From assembly GCA_963830715.1 (NCBI GenBank), contig CAWHNS010000002.1, positions 217,482-281,481 of the forward strand: a stretch of 64,000 nt of DNA. The letters run 5' to 3'. The notes beneath the pieces were generated by a model, which had not been told where the DNA came from, ran no database searches, and was given only the letters and a program-made list of their open reading frames with translations. The DNA is from an uncultured delta proteobacterium. Its GTDB lineage: Bacteria > Desulfobacterota > Binatia > Binatales > Binataceae. This document shows positions 60,502 to 64,000 of the stretch, one piece after another. Made by a program: the position numbers and the translations under genes. Position 1 is the stretch's first letter. Each line of letters starts with the position of its first letter.

Positions 60502-62318
60502 ATGTGGCTTCTCCCGATTTCAATGCTCGTCTTTACCACGATGCTCGCCATCCCGCTGAGCAAGTATCTGGCGTGGATCATGGACGGCAAATATCATGCG
60601 CCGGCCTTCCTGCGATGGTTTGAGAAACGTCTCGACAGCGGACCGCAGAACTGGAAGCAGTACACGGCCTCGCTGCTGGTTTTCAATACGGTGCTGTTCG
60701 TCTTCGGCTTCGTGGTGCTTTCCCTGCAACCATGGATGCCGCTGAACGGGCTCGGCCGGGGAATGCTCGAACCGACGACCATCTTTCACTCGGTGGTCTC
60801 GTTCATGACGAATACCGACCTGCAGCACTACTCGGGCGATCAACACTTCTCCAATTTCAGCCAGATATTTTTCTGCATTACCAACTTTTTCCTGTCGGCA
60901 TCGATCGGGTTTTGCGGTCTCACCGCCATCATCCGCGCCTTTCGCAGCGAAAAACTGATCGGCAATTTTTTCGTCGATATGTGGCGTGTGTTTGTCTATA
61001 TGTTTTTGCCGGTCGGATTTGTCTTGAGCCTGCTCATGCTTCAGCAGGGCATGCCGATGACGTTCCGGAGTGCCTACCAGGTCAACACGCTCGAGCCGGC
61101 GTCGATGGGCACCGACGACAGGGGCGCGGCCAAGCAACAGACCATCGTTGTGGGACCGCTGGCCGTCTTCGAACCGCTGAAGCAGATCGGGACCAACGGC
61201 GGCGGATTCTTCGGCATGAATTCGGCGCATCCGTTCGAAAATCCGAGCGCCTTCACGAATTTTCTCGAGTGCGTCGCGATGATGCTGTTTCCGTTTTCGC
61301 TGGTGCTGATGTACGGCCGGATGCTCGGCCGGATGCGCCATTCTGTCGTGATTTTCTCCGTCATGATGGTGATGATGGTCGGCACGATCGTCTGGGCTAT
61401 CTACTTCGACACGATGAAGCCCAATCCGGGCCTTACTGCCCATCCTGAGGCCAGAAACTTTTCGATCCCGAGCGCCGGCGCGCCTGGAGGCAAACGCGAC
61501 TTCACGTTGCCGGCCGTCGCCGGGCTGCCGGTCGACCAGCATCTCGGAAACCTCGAGGGCAAGGAGCTGCGCTTCGGCACTTCGGCCGGTGCGACTTTCG
61601 CGGCGATGACGGTTGACGTGACCGACGGCGCAGTCAACTGCGAACACGACAGCCTCAATCCAATCGCGGCGCTCTCACCGATGTGGGGGATGTGGGTGAA
61701 CTGCATCTACGGCGGCAAGGGCGTGGGCATGATCAATATGCTCCTGTTCCTGATCCTGGGCGTTTTCGTCGCGGGGCAGATGGTCGGTCGCACGCCCGAG
61801 TACCTCGGAAAGAAAATCGGCGGACGTGAGATGGCCCTGCTGATGATCGCTCTGCTGGTACATCCAATCATGATTCTGGGCCCAGCGGCCTCTTTGCTGC
61901 GACCAGCTGGGGAATGAAGGCGGAGAGCAATCCGGGTCCGCACGGGTTCTCTCAGATCGTGTACCAGTTCTCATCGGCCTCCGCTAACAACGGCTCGGCG
62001 TTCGACGGTCTCGGCGTCACCTACGGCCTCAACAGCAACCCTAGTCCGGCACCTACCGCGGTCGCGTGGGACATCGCAGCCGGCCTGGTCATAATCATAA
62101 GCCGGTTCCTCCCCATCATTGCGCCGATCGCGATGGCGGCAAGTCTTGGCGCCAAGAAATCGACGCCATTCACCCTGGGCACTCTGCGGGACGACACACC
62201 GACATTTGGCTTCCTCCTGCTCGGGACCGTTCTGATCATCGGGGCTCTGCTGTTCCTTCCTGTAGCCGCGCTTGGGCCAATAGCCGATCACCTGGGTCCC
62301 ATTCCGTTCGGAGGATAA
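60502..62318 (+). CDS. kdpA: K+-transporting ATPase subunit A (apparent -1 frameshift near 61886)
   Basis: The KdpA N-terminal 460 aa are in ORF 60502..61917 (GTNGGGFFGMNSAHPFENP). The C-terminus (GLFAATSWGMKAESNPGPHGFSQIVYQFSSASANNGSAF...) continues in ORF 61914..62318. Confidence 0.9.
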
Positions 62319-62383
62319 CCGGGGCCGCGCGCTTCGCGGCCGTCCAGACCAAAACACAGCTCATACTCGAGGAGCGTTAGAAA

Positions 62384-64000
62384 ATGGAAGCATTCAAGAT
62401 TCCGCAGCATGCACCTGAGAGCAGGTCTGCGCCTGAAATATCGATCGGAGCGCGTCGTACCAGGAGGCAGGCCCTGTTCGCGCGGGAACTGGTGTGGCCC
62501 GCGCTGAGACAGTCGGTTGTCATGCTCCGCCCGGATATCCAGTGGGCTAATCCGGTTATGTTCGTCGTGGAAGTGGGCGCATTTCTCACGCTCCTGTATG
62601 TGATAAGCGCTCTGGTGGGAACCTCGACCACGCGGGTTCCGGTCTCTTACTTCATTGCTCTGGACGCGTGGCTGTTCCTGACGGTTCTGTTTGCGAACTT
62701 CGCGACCGCATTGGCCGAAGCGCGAGGCAAAGCCCAGGCCGAGTCTCTGCGGCGAGCACGCCGCGACACGCCCGCCTATCGCTTCAAGGGCAAGGACGTC
62801 ATCGAAGAGGTCCTGTCGTCAGACCTGAGGCCGGGCGACCGCGTCGTGGTGCAAGCCGGACAGACAATCCCGAGTGACGGCGAGATCATCGAGGGAATCG
62901 CATCGGTCGACGAAGCGGCGATCACGGGTGAATCCGCGCCGGTCATTCGCGAGGCCGGAGGCGATCGATCGGGAGTTACCGGAGGCACGCGCGTGCTGTC
63001 GGATCGGATCGTCGTTCAAATTACGGCAGCGGCCGGCGAGTCATTTCTCGATCGCATGATCGCGCTGGTCGAGGGCGCCGTGCGCCAGCGCACGCCCAAC
63101 GAGATCGCGCTCACGCTTGTGCTGTCCGCCTTCACGCTGATCTTTCTGATCGTCGTGATCCCGCTTTGGCCGATGGCGCTCAATGCCGAACTCTACATGA
63201 TGAGCTACCTCGGCATCACCGACCAGTTAGGGAGCCTGGGGACTGACGTTCCGACCCTGGTGGCGCTGTTGGTATGCCTTATTCCTACCACTATCGGCGC
63301 GCTGCTCGCGGCGATCGGAATCGCCGGGATGGATCGCGCGCTTCAGGCCAACATCATCGCCAAGAGCGGCAAGGCGGTTGAGACCGCCGGCGACATCGAC
63401 ACTGTCCTGCTCGACAAGACCGGCACGATCACGATCGGCAATCGGCACGCGACAGACTTCATTCCGGTTGGGAAATACTCGGCGATCGATCTGGGACGGC
63501 TGGCGGCGCTGGCTTCTGTGGCTGACGAAACTCCTGAAGGCAAGAGCATCGTCAGTGTTTTCCATGAACAGGCGACCAGCGTCGGCGAGCTCACGGTTCC
63601 ACGTGGTACGGAGTTCGTTCCGTTCACGGCGCAGACCAGGATGAGCGGAATCGACTTGCCCGACGGACGCCGAATTCGCAAAGGCGCACCCGATGCGGTC
63701 ATCAAGTTCGTGAAGGAGCAGCGCGGGCAGATACCGGCTGATCTGACCAGGGTGGTCGAGGAAGTTGCATCGAAGGGAGCGACACCGCTGGTGGTCGCAG
63801 AGGGAGCCAACGTCGTCGGCGTGACGGTGCTGGAAGACATCCTCAAGGCGGGAATCAGCGAGCGCCTGGAGCGGATGCGCAAGATGGGCGTGCGCACGGT
63901 GATGATCACCGGCGACAATCCGCTGACCGCCGCGACCATCGCGAAACGGGCGGGCGTGGACGATTTCGTGGCGGAATGCACGCCGGAATCGAAGCTCGCC
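62384..64000 (+). CDS. kdpB: K+-transporting ATPase subunit B (P-type), 5' partial, runs off window
   Basis: Not in the ORF track because it has no stop in the window. My hand translation from the ATG at 62384 is uninterrupted: FANFATALAEARGKAQAESLR, AITGESAPV, IPTTIGALL, DKTGTIT, MITGDNPLTAATIA. Confidence 0.92.
   Translation, partial: MEAFKIPQHAPESRSAPEISIGARRTRRQALFARELVWPALRQSVVMLRPDIQWANPVMFVVEVGAFLTLLYVISALVGTSTTRVPVSYFIALDAWLFLTVLFANFATALAEARGKAQAESLRRARRDTPAYRFKGKDVIEEVLSSDLRPGDRVVVQAGQTIPSDGEIIEGIASVDEAAITGESAPVIREAGGDRSGVTGGTRVLSDRIVVQITAAAGESFLDRMIALVEGAVRQRTPNEIALTLVLSAFTLIFLIVVIPLWPMALNAELYMMSYLGITDQLGSLGTDVPTLVALLVCLIPTTIGALLAAIGIAGMDRALQANIIAKSGKAVETAGDIDTVLLDKTGTITIGNRHATDFIPVGKYSAIDLGRLAALASVADETPEGKSIVSVFHEQATSVGELTVPRGTEFVPFTAQTRMSGIDLPDGRRIRKGAPDAVIKFVKEQRGQIPADLTRVVEEVASKGATPLVVAEGANVVGVTVLEDILKAGISERLERMRKMGVRTVMITGDNPLTAATIAKRAGVDDFVAECTPESKLA

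Overview
High-GC bacterial chromosomal segment, probably from an uncultured or metagenomic genome. I found no rRNA, CRISPR array, transposase or integrase. Content is mostly housekeeping and metabolic genes. RNA genes: tRNA-Met, RNase P RNA and tRNA-Arg(CCT). Stress, repair and proteostasis genes: clpS-clpA, rmuC, ligA, ftsH and the imuA-imuB-dnaE2 mutagenesis cassette. Metabolism and transport genes: 2-oxoacid:ferredoxin oxidoreductase alpha/beta, a POT peptide transporter, a CoA-transferase, GST, two amidohydrolases, tenA, a class-III aminotransferase, and the start of a kdpFAB operon that runs off the window.

Accessory-looking parts:
(1) A roughly 3.3-kb AT-richer island lies next to tRNA-Arg. 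It is bracketed by a 118/119-nt direct repeat made of the tRNA upstream flank plus the tRNA 5' half. Inside is a duplicated cassette: a small secreted protein translationally coupled to a signal-peptide protein, which is an HNH nuclease in one copy and a Cys-rich unknown in the other.
(2) An RcnR-type metalloregulator, an atypical P1B ATPase and an operator.
(3) Two very large secreted proteins (NHL propeller and parallel beta-helix) share a C-terminal tandem domain and a 5' leader, and flank a LuxR-type regulator.
(4) A periplasmic rhodanese gene has an in-frame TGA at a Cys position, making it a selenocysteine candidate.

At least four families of REP-like palindromic repeats are scattered through the window, and two of them sit in-frame inside dnaE2 and imuB.

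Caveat: about 19 conserved genes are broken by single-base frameshifts, mostly one extra base. This looks like assembly indel error, so several ORF-track entries are fragments or artificial fusions. All calls come from reading the sequence and translations by eye. No searches were run.
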